The notes beneath the pieces were generated by a model that was not told the origin of the DNA, did not search any database, and saw only the letters and a list, made by a program, of their open reading frames with translations. Of a stretch of DNA of 64,000 nt, positions 21,600-36,660 are shown one piece after another. The position numbers and the translations under genes were made by a program. The stretch comes from Tubulanus polymorphus (lineage: Eukaryota; Animalia; Nemertea), in contig NW_027437467.1 of the NCBI RefSeq assembly GCF_964204645.1, positions 15,250 to 79,249 on the forward strand. The letters are read 5' to 3'. How positions within the stretch are numbered: the stretch's first letter is position 1; each line of letters opens with the position of its first letter.

Positions 21600-23720
21600 G
21601 TTTTACCGATAGTGAGAATATTCGATACGAAAACGTCTTTTCTCGCGCCGAACGACGTTTTCGCGTCGAAAAGTGCTTTTCCTGACGATTTGAGCGCTTT
21701 TACGCATCGACATTGTCGTTTTACCGATAGTGAGAATATTCGATACGAAAACGTCTTTTCTCGCGCTGAACGACGTTTTCGCGTCGAAAAGTGCTTTTCC
21801 TGACGATTTGAGCGCTTTTACGCATCGGCATTGTCGTTTTTCCGATAGGGGGAATATTCGAAAAGAAAACGTCTTTTCTCGCGCTGAGCGACGTTTTCGC
21901 GTCGAAAAGTGCTTTTCCTGACGATTTGAGCGCTTTTACGCATCGGCATTGTCGTTTTTCCGATAGGGGGAATATTCGAAAAGAAAACGTCTTTTCTCGC
22001 GCTGAGCGACGTTTTCGCGTCGAAATGTGCTTTTCCTGACGATTTGAGCGCTTTTACGCATCGGCATTGTCGTTTTTCCGATAGGGGGAATATTCGAAAA
22101 GAAAACGTCTTTTCTCGCGCTGAACTACGTTTTCGCGTCGAAAAGTGCTTTTCCTGACGATTTGAGCGCTTTTACGCATCGGCATTGTCGTTTTTCCGAT
22201 AGGGGGAATATTCGATACGAAAACGTCTTTTCTCGCGCCGAACGACGTTTACGGGTCGAAAAGTGCTTTTTCCTGACGATTTGAGCGCTTTTACGCATCG
22301 ACATTGTCGTTTTACCGATAGGGAGAATATTCGACACGAAAACGTCTTTTCTCGCGCCGAACGACGTTTTCGGGTCGAAAAGTGCTTTTCCTGACGATTT
22401 GAGCGCTTTTACGCATCGGCATTGTCGATTTTCCGATAGGGGGAATATTTGATAAGAAAACGTCTTTTCTCGCGCTGAACTACGTTTTCGCGTCGAAAAG
22501 TGCTTTTCCTGACGATTTGAGCGCTTTTACGCATCGGCATTGTCGTTTTTCCGATAGGGGGAATATTCGATACGAAAACGTCTTTTCTCGCGCCGAACGA
22601 CGTTTTCGCGTCGAAAAGTGCTTTTCCTGACGATTTGAGCGCTTTTACGCATCGGCATTGTCGTTTTACCGATAGTGAGAATATTCGATACGAAAACGTC
22701 TTTTCTCGCGCCGAACGACGTTTTCGCGTCGAAAAGTGCTTTTCCTGACGATTTGAGCGCTTTTACGCATCGACATTGTCGTTTTACCGATAGTGAGAAT
22801 ATTCGATACGAAAACGTCTTTTCTCGCGCTGAACGACGTTTTCGCGTCGAAAAGTGCTTTTCCTGACGATTTGAGCGCTTTTACGCATCGGCATTGTCGT
22901 TTTTCCGATAGGGGGAATATTCGAAAAGAAAACGTCTTTTCTCGCGCTGAGCGACGTTTTCGCGTCGAAAAGTGCTTTTCCTGACGATTTGAGCGCTTTT
23001 ACGCATCGGCATTGTCGTTTTTCCGATAGGGGGAATATTCGAAAAGAAAACGTCTTTTCTCGCGCTGAGCGACGTTTTCGCGTCGAAATGTGCTTTTCCT
23101 GACGATTTGAGCGCTTTTACGCATCGGCATTGTCGTTTTTCCGATAGGGGGAATATTCGAAAAGAAAACGTCTTTTCTCGCGCTGAACTACGTTTTCGCG
23201 TCGAAAAGTGCTTTTCCTGACGATTTGAGCGCTTTTACGCATCGGCATTGTCGTTTTTCCGATAGGGGGAATATTCGATACGAAAACGTCTTTTCTCGCG
23301 CCGAACGACGTTTACGGGTCGAAAAGTGCTTTTTCCTGACGATTTGAGCGCTTTTACGCATCGACATTGTCGTTTTACCGATAGGGAGAATATTCGACAC
23401 GAAAACGTCTTTTCTCGCGCCGAACGACGTTTTCGGGTCGAAAAGTGCTTTTCCTGACGATTTGAGCGCTTTTACGCATCGGCATTGTCGATTTTCCGAT
23501 AGGGGGAATATTTGATAAGAAAACGTCTTTTCTCGCGCTGAACTACGTTTTCGCGTCGAAAAGTGCTTTTCCTGACGATTTGAGCGCTTTTACGCATCGG
23601 CATTGTCGTTTTTCCGATAGGGGGAATATTCGATACGAAAACGTCTTTTCTCGCGCCGAACGACGTTTTCGCGTCGAAAAGTGCTTTTCCTGACGACTTG
23701 AGCGCTTTTACGCATCGGCA
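21600..23720 (+). repeat. Higher-order repeat: two copies of a 9-monomer unit (1063 bp)
   Basis: CGAAATGTG, GTTTACGGG and GTCGATTTT variants repeat at offset 1063; ORF pairs 21730/22793 and 22125/23188. Confidence 0.88.
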
Positions 23721-26700
23721 TTGTCGTTTTTCCGATAGGGGGAATATTCGATACGAAAACGTCTTTTCTCGCGCCGAACGACGTTTTCGCGTCGAAAAGT
23801 GCTTTTCCTGACGATTTGAGCGCTTTTACGCATCGACATTGTCGTTTTACCGATAGTGAGAATATTCGATACGAAAACGTCTTTTCTCGCGCCGAACGAC
23901 GTTTTCGCGTCGAAAAGTGCTTTTCCTGACGATTTGAGCGCTTTTACGCATCGACATTGTCGTTTTACCGATAGTGAGAATATTCGATACGAAAACGTCT
24001 TTTCTCGCGCTGAACGACGTTTTCGCGTCGAAAAGTGCTTTTCCTGACGATTTGAGCGCTTTTACGCATCGGCATTGTCGTTTTTCCGATAGGGGGAATA
24101 TTCGAAAAGAAAACGTCTTTTCTCGCGCTGAGCGACGTTTTCGCGTCGAAAAGTGCTTTTCCTGACGATTTGAGCGCTTTTACGCATCGGCATTGTCGTT
24201 TTTCCGATAGGGGGAATATTCGATACGAAAACGTCTTTTCTCGCGCCGAACGACGTTTTCGCGTCGAAAAGTGCTTTTCCTGACGATTTGAGCGCTTTTA
24301 CGCATCGGCATTGTCGTTTTTCCGATAGGGGGAATATTCGAAAAGAAAACGTCTTTTCTCGCGCTGAACTACGTTTTCGCGTCGAAAAGTGCTTTTCCTG
24401 ACGATTTGAGCGCTTTTACGCTTCGACATTGTCGTTTTACCGATAGTGAGAATATTCGATACGAAAACGTCTTTTCTCGCGCTGAACGACGTTTTCGCGT
24501 CGAAAAGTGCTTTTCCTGAAGATTTGAGCGCTTTTACGCATCGACATTGTCGTTTTTCCGATAGGGGGAATATTGGATAAGAAAACGTCTTTTCTCGCGC
24601 TGAACGACGTTTTCGCGTCGAAAAGTGCTTTTCCTGACGATTTGAGCGCTTTTACGCATCGACATTGTCGTTTTTCCGATAGGGGGAATATTCGAAAAGA
24701 AAACGTCTTTTCTCGCGCTGAGCGACGTTTTCGCGTCGAAAAGTGCTTTTCCTGACGATTTGAGCGCTTTTACGCATCGACATTGTCGTTTTACCGATAG
24801 TGAGAATATTCGATACGAAAACGTCTTTTCTCGCGCTGAACGACGTTTTCGCGTCGAAAAGTGCTTTTCCTGACGATTTGAGCGCTTTTACGCATCGGCA
24901 TTGTCGTTTTTCCGATAGGGGGAATATACGAAAAGAAAACGTCTTTTCTCGCGCTGAGCGACGTTTTCGCGTCGAAAAGTGCTTTTCCTGACGATTTGAG
25001 CGCTTTTACGCATCGACATTGTCGTTTTACCGATAGTGAGAATATTCGACACGAAAACGTCTTTTCTCGCGCTGAACGACGTTTTCGCGTCGAAAAGTGC
25101 TTTTCCTGACGATTTGAGCGCTTTTACGCATCGGCATTGTCGTTTTTCCGATAGGGGGAATATTCGAAAAGAAAACGTCTTTTCTCGCGCAGAGCGACGT
25201 TTTCGCGTCGAAAAGTGCTTTTCCTGACGATTTGAGCGCTTTTACGCATCGGCATTGTCGTTTTTCCGATAGGGGGAATATTCGAAAAGAAAACGTCTTT
25301 TCTCGCGCTGAGCGACGTTTTCGCGTCGAAAAGTGCTTTTCCTGACGATTTGAGCGCTTTTACGCATCGGCATTGTCGTTTTTCCGATAGGGGGAATATT
25401 CGATACGAAAACGTCTTTTCTCGCGCCGAACGACGTTTTCGCGTCGAAAAGTGCTTTTCCTGACGATTTGAGCGCTTTTACGCATCGACATTGTCGTTTT
25501 ACCGATAGGGAGAATATTCGACACGAAAACGTCTTTTCTCGCGCTGAACGACGTTTTCGCGTCCAATAGTGCTTTTCCTGACGATTTGAGCGCTTTTACG
25601 CATCGACATTGTCGTTTTACCGATAGTGAGAATATTCGATACGAAAACGACTTTTCTCGCGCTGAACGACGTTTTCGGGTCGAAAAGTGCTTTTCCTGAC
25701 GATTTGAGCGCTTTTACGCATCGGCATTGTCGTTTTTCCGATAGGGGGAATATTTGATACGAAAACGTCTTTTCTCGCGCTGAGCGACGTTTTCGCGTCG
25801 AAAAGTGCTTTTCCTGACGATTTGAGCGCTTTTACGCATCGGCATTGTCGTTTTTCCGATAGGGGGAATATTCGAAAAGAAAACGTCTTTTCTCGCGCTG
25901 AGCGACGTTTTCGCGTCGAAAAGTGCTTTTCCTGACGATTTGAGCGCTTTTACGCATCGGCATTGTCGTTTTTCCGATAGGGGGAATATTCGATACGAAA
26001 ACGTCTTTTCTCGCGCCGAACGACGTTTTCGCGTCGAAAAGTGCTTTTCCTGACGATTTGAGCGCTTTTACGCATCGGCATTGTCGTTTTCCGATAGGGG
26101 GAATATTCGATACGAAAACGTCTTTTCTCGCGCCGAACGACGTTTTCGCGTCGAAAAGTGCTTTTCCTGACGATTTGAGCGCTTTTACGCATCGACATTG
26201 TCGTTTTACCGATAGTGAGAATATTCGATACGAAAACGTCTTTTCTCGCGCTGAACGACGTTTTCGCGTCGAAAAGTGCTTTTCCTGACGATTTGAGCGC
26301 TTTTACGCATCGGCATTGTCGTTTTTCCGATAGGGGGAATATTCGAAAAGAAAACGTCTTTTCTCGCGCTGAGCGACGTTTTCGCGTCGAAAAGTGCTTT
26401 TCCTGACGATTTGAGCGCTTTTACGCATCGGCATTGTCGTTTTTCCGATAGGGGGAATATTCGAAAAGAAAACGTCTTTTCTCGCGCTGAGCGACGTTTT
26501 CGCGTCGAAAAGTGCTTTTCCTGACGATTTGAGCGCTTTTACGCATCGGCATTGTCGTTTTTCCGATAGGGGGAATATTCGAAAAGAAAACGTCTTTTCT
26601 CGCGCTGAACTACGTTTTCGCGTCGAAAAGTGCTTTTCCTGACGATTTGAGAGCTTTTACGCTTCGACATTGTCGTTTTACCGATAGTGAGAATATTCGA

Positions 26701-27009
26701 TACGAAAACGTCTTTTCTCGCGCTGAACGACGTTTTCGCGTCGAAAAGTGCTTTTCCTGACGATTTGAGCGCTTTTACGCATCGACATTGTCGTTTTTCC
26801 GATAGGGGGAATATTTGATAAGAAAACGTCTTTTCTCGCGCTGAACGACGTTTTCGCGTCGAAAAGTGCTTTTCCTGACGATTTGAGCGCTTTTACGCAT
26901 CGGCATTGTCGTTTTTCCGATAGGGGGAATATTCGATACGAAAACGTCTTTTCTCGCGCTGAACGACGTTTTCGCGTCGAAAAGTGCTTTTCCTGACGAT
27001 TTGAGCGCT

Positions 27010-30000
27010 TTTACGCATCGGCATTGTCGTTTTTCCGATAGGGGGAATATTCGATACGAAAACGTCTTTTCTCGCGCTGAACGACGTTTTCGCGTCGAAA
27101 AGTGCTTTTCCTGACGATTTGAGCGCTTTTACGCATCGACATTGTCGTTTTTCCGATAGGGGGAATATTCGAAAAGAAAACGTCTTTTCTCGCGCTGAGC
27201 GACGTTTTCGCGTCGAAAAGTGCTTTTCCTGACGATTTGAGCGCTTTTACGCATCGACATTGTCGTTTTTCCGATAGGGGGAATATTCGACACGAAAACG
27301 TCTTTTCTCGCGCTGAGCGACGTTTTCGCGTCGAAAAGTGCTTTTCCTGACGATTTGAGCGCTTTTACGCATCGACATGGTCGTTTTACCGATAGGGAGA
27401 ATATTCGAAAAGAAAACGTCTTTTCTCGCGCTGAGCGACGTTTTCGCGTCAAAAAGTGCTTTTCCTGACGATTTGAGCGCTTTTACGCATCGGCATTGTC
27501 GTTTTTCCGATAGGGGGAATATTCGATACGAAAACGTCTTTTCTCGCGCTGAACGACGTTTTCGCGTCGAAAAGTGCTTTTCCTGACGATTTGAGCGCTT
27601 TTACGCATCGACATTGTCGTTTTTCCGATAGGGGGAATATTCGAAAAGAAAACGTCTTTTCTCGCGCTGAGCGACGTTTTCGCGTCGAAAAGTGCTTTTC
27701 CTGACGATTTGAGCGCTTTTACGCATCGGCATTGTCGTTTTTCCGATAGGGGGAATATTCGAAAAGAAAACGTCTTTTCTCGCGCTGAACTACGTTTTCG
27801 CGTCGAAAAGTGCTTTTCCTGACGATTTGAGCGCTTTTACGCTTCGACATTGTCGTTTTACCGATAGTGAGAATATTCGATACGAAAACGTCTTTTCTCG
27901 CGCTGAACGACGTTTTCGCGTCGAAAAGTGCTTTTCCTGATGATTTGAGCGCTTTTACGCATCGACATTGTTGTTTTTTCCGATAGGGGGAATATTCGAA
28001 AAGAAAACGTCTTTTCTCGCGCTGAACGACGTTTTCGCGTCGAAAAGTGCTTTTCCTGACGATTTGAGCCCTTTTACGCATCGGCATTGTCGTTTTTACG
28101 ATAGGGCGAATATTCGATACGAAAACGTCTTTTCTCGCGCTGAACGACGTTTTCGGGTCGAAAAGTGCTTTTCCTGACGATTTGAGCGCTTTTACGCATC
28201 GGCATTGTCGTTTTTCCGATAGGGGGAATATTCGAAAAGAAAACGTCTTTTCTCGCGCTGAGCGACGTTTTCGCGTCGAAAAGTGCTTTTCCTGACGATT
28301 TGAGCGCTTTTACGCATCGGCATTGTCGTTTTTCCGATAGGGGGAATATTCGAAAAGAAAACGTCCTTTCTCGCGCTGAGCGACGTTTTCGCGTCGAAAA
28401 GTGCTTTTCCTGACGATTTGAGCGCTTTTACGCATCGGCATTGTCGTTTTTCCGATAGGGGGAATATTCGATACGAAACGTCTTTTCTCGCGCCGAACGA
28501 CGTTTTCGCGTCGAAAAGTGCTTTTCCTGACGATTTGAGCGCTTTTACGCATCGGCATTGTCGTTTTTCCGATAGGGGGAATATTCGATACGAAAACGTC
28601 TTTTCTCGCGCTGAACGACGTTTTCGCGTCGAAAAGTGCTTTTCCTGACGATTTGAGCGCTTTTACGCATCGACATTGTCGTTTTTCCGATAGGGGGAAT
28701 ATTCGAAAAGAAAACGTCTTTTCTCGCGCTGAGCGACGTTTTCGCGTCGAAAAGTGCTTTTCCTGACGATTTGAGCGCTTTTACGCATCGACATTGTCGT
28801 TTTTCCGATAGGGGGAATATTCGACACGAAAACGTCTTTTCTCGCGCTGAGCGACGTTTTCGCGTCGAAAAGTGCTTTTCCTGACGATTTGAGCGCTTTT
28901 ACGCATCGACATGGTCGTTTTACCGATAGGGAGAATATTCGAAAAGAAAACGTCTTTTCTCGCGCTGAGCGACGTTTTCGCGTCAAAAAGTGCTTTTCCT
29001 GACGATTTGAGCGCTTTTACGCATCGGCATTGTCGTTTTTCCGATAGGGGGAATATTCGATACGAAAACGTCTTTTCTCGCGCTGAACGACGTTTTCGCG
29101 TCGAAAAGTGCTTTTCCTGACGATTTGAGCGCTTTTACGCATCGACATTGTCGTTTTTCCGATAGGGGGAATATTCGAAAAGAAAACGTCTTTTCTCGCG
29201 CTGAGCGACGTTTTCGCGTCGAAAAGTGCTTTTCCTGACGATTTGAGCGCTTTTACGCATCGGCATTGTCGTTTTTCCGATAGGGGAATATTCGAAAAGA
29301 AAACGTCTTTTCTCGCGCTGAACTACGTTTTCGCGTCGAAAAGTGCTTTTCCTGACGATTTGAGCGCTTTTACGCTTCGACATTGTCGTTTTACCGATAG
29401 TGAGAATATTCGATACGAAAACGTCTTTTCTCGCGCTGAACGACGTTTTCGCGTCGAAAAGTGCTTTTCCTGATGATTTGAGCGCTTTTACGCATCGACA
29501 TTGTTGTTTTTTCCGATAGGGGGAATATTCGAAAAGAAAACGTCTTTTCTCGCGCTGAACGACGTTTTCGCGTCGAAAAGTGCTTTTCCTGACGATTTGA
29601 GCACTTTTACGCATCGGCATTGTCGTTTTTACGATAGGGCGAATATTCGATACGAAAACGTCTTTTCTCGCGCTGAACGACGTTTTCGGGTCGAAAAGTG
29701 CTTTTCCTGACGATTTGAGCGCTTTTACGCATCGGCATTGTCGTTTTTCCGATAGGGGGAATATTCGAAAAGAAAACGTCTTTTCTCGCGCTGAGCGACG
29801 TTTTCGCGTCGAAAAGTGCTTTTCCTGACGATTTGAGCGCTTTTACGCATCGGCATTGTCGTTTTTCCGATAGGGGGAATATTCGAAAAGAAAACGTCCT
29901 TTCTCGCGCTGAGCGACGTTTTCGCGTCGAAAAGTGCTTTTCCTGACGATTTGAGCGCTTTTACGCATCGGCATTGTCGTTTTCCGATAGGGGGAATATT

Positions 30001-30080
30001 CGATACGAAAACGTCTTTTCTCGCGCCGAACGACGTTTTCGCGTCGAAAAGTGCTTTTCCTGACGATTTGAGCGCTTTTA
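27010..30080 (+). repeat. Higher-order repeat: two copies of a 13-monomer unit (~1534 bp)
   Basis: CATGGTCG, GTCAAAAAG and CGTCCTTT variants repeat; ORF pairs 27129/28663 and 27377/28911. Confidence 0.85.
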
Positions 30081-30319
30081 CGCATCGGCATTGTCGTTTT
30101 TCCGATAGGGGGAATATTCGATACGAAAACGTCTTTTCTCGCGCCGAACGACGTTTTCGCGTCGAAAAGTGCTTTTCCTGACGATTTGAGCGCTTTTACG
30201 CATCGACATTGTCGTTTTACCGATAGTGAGAATATTCGATACGAAAACGTCTTTTCTCGCGCTGAACGACGTTTTCGCGTCGAAAAGTGCTTTTCCTGAC
30301 GATTTGAGCGCTTTTACGC

Positions 30320-33300
30320 ATCGGCATTGTCGTTTTTCCGATAGGGGGAATATTCGAAAAGAAAACGTCTTTTCTCGCGCTGAGCGACGTTTTCGCGTCG
30401 AAAAGTGCTTTTCCTGACGATTTGAGCGCTTTTACGCATCGGCATTGTTGTTTTTCCGATAGGGGGAATATTCGATACGAAAACGTCTTTTCTCGCGCCG
30501 AACGACGTTTTCGCGTCGAAAAGTGCTTTTCCTGACGATTTGAGCGCTTTTACGCATCGACATTGTCGTTTTACCGATAGTGAGAATATTCGATACGAAA
30601 ACGTCTTTTCTCGCGCCGAACGACGTTTTCGCGTCGAAAGTGCTTTTCCTGACGATTTGAGCGCTTTTACGCATCGACATTGTCGTTTTACCGATAGTGA
30701 GAATATTCGATACGAAAACGTCTTTTCTCGCGCTGAACGACGTTTTCGCGTCGAAAAGTGCTTTTCCTGACGATTTGAGCGCTTTTACGCATCGGCATTG
30801 TCGTTTTTCCGATAGGGGGAATATTCGAAAAGAAAACGTCTTTTCTCGCGCTGAGCGACGTTTTCGCGTCGAAAAGTGCTTTTCCTGACGATTTGAGCGC
30901 TTTTACGCATCGGCATTGTCGTTTTTCCGATAGGGGGAATATTCGAAAAGAAAACGTCTTTTCTCGCGCTGAGCGACGTTTTCGCGTCGAAAAGTGCTTT
31001 TCCTGACGATTTGAGCGCTTTTACGCATCGGCATTGTCGTTTTTCCGATAGGGGGAATATTCGAAAAGAAAACGTCTTTTCTCGCGCTGAACTACGTTTT
31101 CGCGTCGAAAAGTGCTTTTCCTGACGATTTGAGCGCTTTTACGCTTCGACATTGTCGTTTTACCGATAGTGAGAATATTCGATACGAAAACGTCTTTTCT
31201 CGCGCTGAACGACGTTTTCGCGTCGAAAAGTGCTTTTCCTGATGATTTGAGCGCTTTTACGCATCGACATTGTTGTTTTTTCCGATAGGGGGAATATTCG
31301 AAAAGAAAACGTCTTTTCTCGCGCTGAACGACGTTTTCGCGTCGAAAAGTGCTTTTCCTGACGATTTGAGCGCTTTTACGCATCGGCATTGTCGTTTTTC
31401 CGATAGGGGGAATATTCGAAAAGAAAACGTCTTTTCTCGCGCTGAGCGACGTTTTCGCGTCGAAAAGTGCTTTTCCTGACGATTTGAGCGCTTTTACGCT
31501 TCGACATTGTCGTTTTACCGATAGTGAGAATATTCGATACGAAAACGTCTTTTCTCGCGCTGAACGACGTTTTCGCGTCGACAAGTGCTTTTCCTGATGA
31601 TTTGAGCGCTTTTACGCATCGACATTGTTGTTTTTTCCGATAGGGGGAATATTCGAAAAGAAAACGTCTTTTCTCGCGCTGAACGACGTTTTCGCGTCGA
31701 AAAGTGCTTTTCCTGACGATTTGAGCCCTTTTACGCATCGGCATTGTCGTTTTTACGATAGGGCGAATATTCGATACGAAAACGTCTTTTCTCGCGCTGA
31801 GCGACGTTTTCGCGTCGAAAAGTGCTTTTCCTGACGATTTGAGCGCTTTTACGCATCGACATTGTCGTTTTTCCGATAGGGGGAATATTCGATAAGAAAA
31901 CGTCTTTTCTCGCGCTGAACTACGTTTTCGCGTCGAAAAGTGCTTTTCCTGACGATTTGAGCGCTTTTACGCATCGACATTGTCGTTTTACCGATAGGGA
32001 GAATATTCGACACGAAAACGTCTTTTCTCGCGCTGAACGACGTTTTCGCGTCGAAAAGTGCTTTTCCTGACGATTTGAGCGCTTTTACGCATCGACATTG
32101 TCGTTTTACCGATAGGGAGAATATTCGACACGAAAACGTCTTTTCTCGCGCTGAACGACGTTTTCGCGTCGAAAAGTGCTTTTCCTGACGATTTGAGCGC
32201 TTTTACGCATCGACATTGTCGTTTTTCCGATAGGGGGAATATTCGATACGAAAACGTCTTTTCTCGCGCTGAGCGACGTTTTCGCGTCGAAAAGTGCTTT
32301 TCCTTATGATTTGAGCGCTTTTACGCATCGACATTGTTGTTTTTTTTCCGATAGGGGGAATATTCGATACGAAAACGTCTTTTCTCGCGTCGAAAAGTGC
32401 TTTTCCTGACGATTTGAGCGCTTTTACGCATCGGCATTGTCGTTTTTCCGATAGGGGGAATGTTCGATACGAAAACGTCTTTTCTCGCGCCGAACGACGT
32501 TTTCGCGTCGAAAAGTGCTTTTCCTGAAGATTTGAGCGCTTTTACGCATCGACATTGTCGTTTTACCGATAGGGAGAATATTCGACACGAAAACGTCTTT
32601 TCTCGCGCTGAACGACGTTTTCGCGTCGAAAAGTGGTTTTCCTGACGATTTGAGCGCTTTTACGCATCGGCATTGTCGTTTTTCCGATAGGGGGAATATT
32701 CGAAAAGAAAACGTCTTTTCTCGCGCTGAGCGACGTTTTCGCGTCGAAAAGTGCTTTTCCTGACGATTTGAGCGCTTTTACGCATCGGCATTGTCGTTTT
32801 TCCGATAGGGGGAATATTCGAAAAGAAAACGTCTTTTCTCGCGCTGAACTACGTTTTCGCGTCGAAAAGTGCTTTTCCTGACGATTTGAGCGCTTTTACG
32901 CTTCGACATTGTCGTTTTACCGATAGTGAGAATATTCGATACGAAAACGTCTTTTCTCGCGCTGAACGACGTTTTCGCGTCGAAAAGTGCTTTTCCTGAT
33001 GATTTGAGCGCTTTTACGCATCGACATTGTTGTTTTTTCCGATAGGGGGAATATTCGAAAAGAAAACGTCTTTTCTCGCGCTGAACGACGTTTTCGCGTC
33101 GAAAAGTGCTTTTCCTGACGATTTGAGCCCTTTTACGCATCGGCATTGTCGTTTTTACGATAGGGCGAATATTCGATACGAAAACGTCTTTTCTCGCGCT
33201 GAACGACGTTTTCGGGTCGAAAAGTGCTTTTCCTGACGATTTGAGCGCTTTTACGCATCGGCATTGTCGTTTTTCCGATAGGGGGAATATTCGAAAAGAA

Positions 33301-36300
33301 AACGTCTTTTCTCGCGCTGAGCGACGTTTTCGCGTCGAAAAGTGCTTTTCCTGACGATTTGAGCGCTTTTACGCATCGGCATTGTCGTTTTTCCGATAGG
33401 GGGAATATTCGAAAAGAAAACGTCCTTTCTCGCGCTGAGCGACGTTTTCGCGTCGAAAAGTGCTTTTCCTGACGATTTGAGCGCTTTTACGCATCGGCAT
33501 TGTCGTTTTTCCGATAGGGGGAATATTCGATACGAAAACGTCTTTTCTCGCGCCGAACGACGTTTTCGCGTCGAAAAGTGCTTTTCCTGACGATTTGAGC
33601 GCTTTTACGCATCGGCATTGTCGTTTTTCCGATAGGGGGAATATTCGATACGAAAACGTCTTTTCTCGCGCCGAACGACGTTTTCGCGTCGAAAAGTGCT
33701 TTTCCTGACGATTTGAGCGCTTTTACGCATCGACATTGTCGTTTTACCGATAGTGAGAATATTCGATACGAAAACGTCTTTTCTCGCGCTGAACGACGTT
33801 TTCGCGTCGAAAAGTGCTTTTCCTGACGATTTGAGCGCTTTTACGCATCGGCATTGTCGTTTTTCCGATAGGGGGAATATTCGAAAAGAAAACGTCTTTT
33901 CTCGCGCTGAGCGACGTTTTCGCGTCGAAAAGTGCTTTTCCTGACGATTTGAGCGCTTTTACGCATCGGCATTGTTGTTTTTCCGATAGGGGGAATATTC
34001 GATACGAAAACGTCTTTTCTCGCGCCGAACGACGTTTTCGCGTCGAAAAGTGCTTTTCCTGACGATTTGAGCGCTTTTACGCATCGACATTGTCGTTTTA
34101 CCGATAGTGAGAATATTCGATACGAAAACGTCTTTTCTCGCGCCGAACGACGTTTTCGCGTCGAAAAGTGCTTTTCCTGACGATTTGAGCGCTTTTACGC
34201 ATCGACATTGTCGTTTTACCGATAGTGAGAATATTCGATACGAAAACGTCTTTTACGCATCGGCATTGTCGTTTTTCCGATAGGGGGAATATTCGAAAAG
34301 AAAACGTCTTTTCTCGCGCTGAGCGACGTTTTCGCGTCGAAAAGTGCTTTTCCTGACGATTTGAGCGCTTTTACGCATCGGCATTGTTGTTTTTCCGATA
34401 GGGGGAATATTCGATACGAAAACGTCTTTTCTCGCGCCGAACGACGTTTTCGCGTCGAAAAGTGCTTTTCCTGACGATTTGAGCGCTTTTACGCATCGAC
34501 ATTGTCGTTTTACCGATAGTGAGAATATTCGATACGAAAACGTCTTTTCTCGCGCCGAACGACGTTTTCGCGTCGAAAAGTGCTTTTCCTGACGATTTGA
34601 GCGCTTTTACGCATCGACATTGTCGTTTTACCGATAGTGAGAATATTCGATACGAAAACGTCTTTTCTCGCGCTGAACGACGTTTTCGCGTCGAAAAGTG
34701 CTTTTCCTGACGATTTGAGCGCTTTTACGCATCGGCATTGTCGTTTTTCCGATAGGGGGAATATTCGAAAAGAAAACGTCTTTTCTCGCGCTGAGCGACG
34801 TTTTCGCGTCGAAAAGTGCTTTTCCTGACGATTTGAGCGCTTTTACGCATCGGCATTGTCGTTTTTCCGATAGGGGGAATATTCGAAAAGAAAACGTCTT
34901 TTCTCGCGCTGAGCGACGTTTTCGCGTCGAAAAGTGCTTTTCCTGACGATTTGAGCGCTTTTACGCATCGGCATTGTCGTTTTTCCGATAGGGGGAATAT
35001 TCGAAAAGAAAACGTCTTTTCTCGCGCTGAACTACGTTTTCGCGTCGAAAAGTGCTTTTCCTGACGATTTGAGCGCTTTTACGCTTCGACATTGTCGTTT
35101 TACCGATAGTGAGAATATTCGATACGAAAACGTCTTTTCTCGCGCTGAACGACGTTTTCGCGTCGAAAAGTGCTTTTCCTGATGATTTGAGCGCTTTTAC
35201 GCATCGACATTGTTGTTTTTTCCGATAGGGGGAATATTCGAAAAGAAAACGTCTTTTCTCGCGCTGAACGACGTTTTCGCGTCGAAAAGTGCTTTTCCTG
35301 ACGATTTGAGCGCTTTTACGCATCGGCATTGTCGTTTTTCCGATAGGGGGAATATTCGAAAAGAAAACGTCTTTTCTCGCGCTGAGCGACGTTTTCGCGT
35401 CGAAAAGTGCTTTTCCTGACGATTTGAGCGCTTTTACGCTTCGACATTGTCGTTTTACCGATAGTGAGAATATTCGATACGAAAACGTCTTTTCTCGCGC
35501 TGAACGACGTTTTCGCGTCGACAAGTGCTTTTCCTGATGATTTGAGCGCTTTTACGCATCGACATTGTTGTTTTTTCCGATAGGGGGAATATTCGAAAAG
35601 AAAACGTCTTTTCTCGCGCTGAACGACGTTTTCGCGTCGAAAAGTGCTTTTCCTGACGATTTGAGCCCTTTTACGCATCGGCATTGTCGTTTTTACGATA
35701 GGGCGAATATTCGATACGAAAACGTCTTTTCTCGCGCTGAGCGACGTTTTCGCGTCGAAAAGTGCTTTTCCTGACGATTTGAGCGCTTTTACGCATCGAC
35801 ATTGTCGTTTTTCCGATAGGGGGAATATTCGATAAGAAAACGTCTTTTCTCGCGCTGAACTACGTTTTCGCGTCGAAAAGTGCTTTTCACGATTTGAGCG
35901 CTTTTACGCATCGACATTGTCGTTTTACCGATAGGGAGAATATTCGACACGAAAACGTCTTTTCTCGCGCGCTGAACGACGTTTTCGCGTCGAAAAGTGC
36001 TTTTCCTGACGATTTGAGCGCTTTTACGCATCGACATTGTCGTTTTACCGATAGGGAGAATATTCGACACGAAAACGTCTTTTCTCGGCGCTGAACGACG
36101 TTTTCGCGTCGAAAAGTGCTTTTCCTGACGATTTGAGCGCTTTTACGCATCGACATTGTCGTTTTTCCGATAGGGGGAATATTCGATACGAAAACGTCTT
36201 TTCTCGCGCTGAGCGACGTTTTCGCGTCGAAAAGTGCTTTTCCTTATGATTTGAGCGCTTTTACGCATCGACATTGTTGTTTTTTTTCCGATAGGGGGAA

Positions 36301-36660
36301 TATTCGATACGAAAACGTCTTTTCTCGCGTCGAAAAGTGCTTTTCCTGACGATTTGAGCGCTTTTACGCATCGGCATTGTCGTTTTTCCGATAGGGGGAA
36401 TGTTCGATACGAAAACGTCTTTTCTCGCGCCGAACGACGTTTTCGCGTCGAAAAGTGCTTTTCCTGAAGATTTGAGCGCTTTTACGCATCGACATTGTCG
36501 TTTTACCGATAGGGAGAATATTCGACACGAAAACGTCTTTTCTCGCGCTGAACGACGTTTTCGCGTCGAAAAGTGGTTTTCCTGACGATTTGAGCGCTTT
36601 TACGCATCGGCATTGTCGTTTTTCCGATAGGGGGAATATTCGAAAGAAAACGTCTTTTCT
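30320..36660 (+). repeat. Higher-order repeat with ~3940-bp period (34 monomers including one 18-bp and one 60-bp deletion); second copy partial
   Basis: ORF pairs 30697/34637, 31021/34961 and 32460/36400; GTCGACAAG variant at ~31577/35517. Confidence 0.8.
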
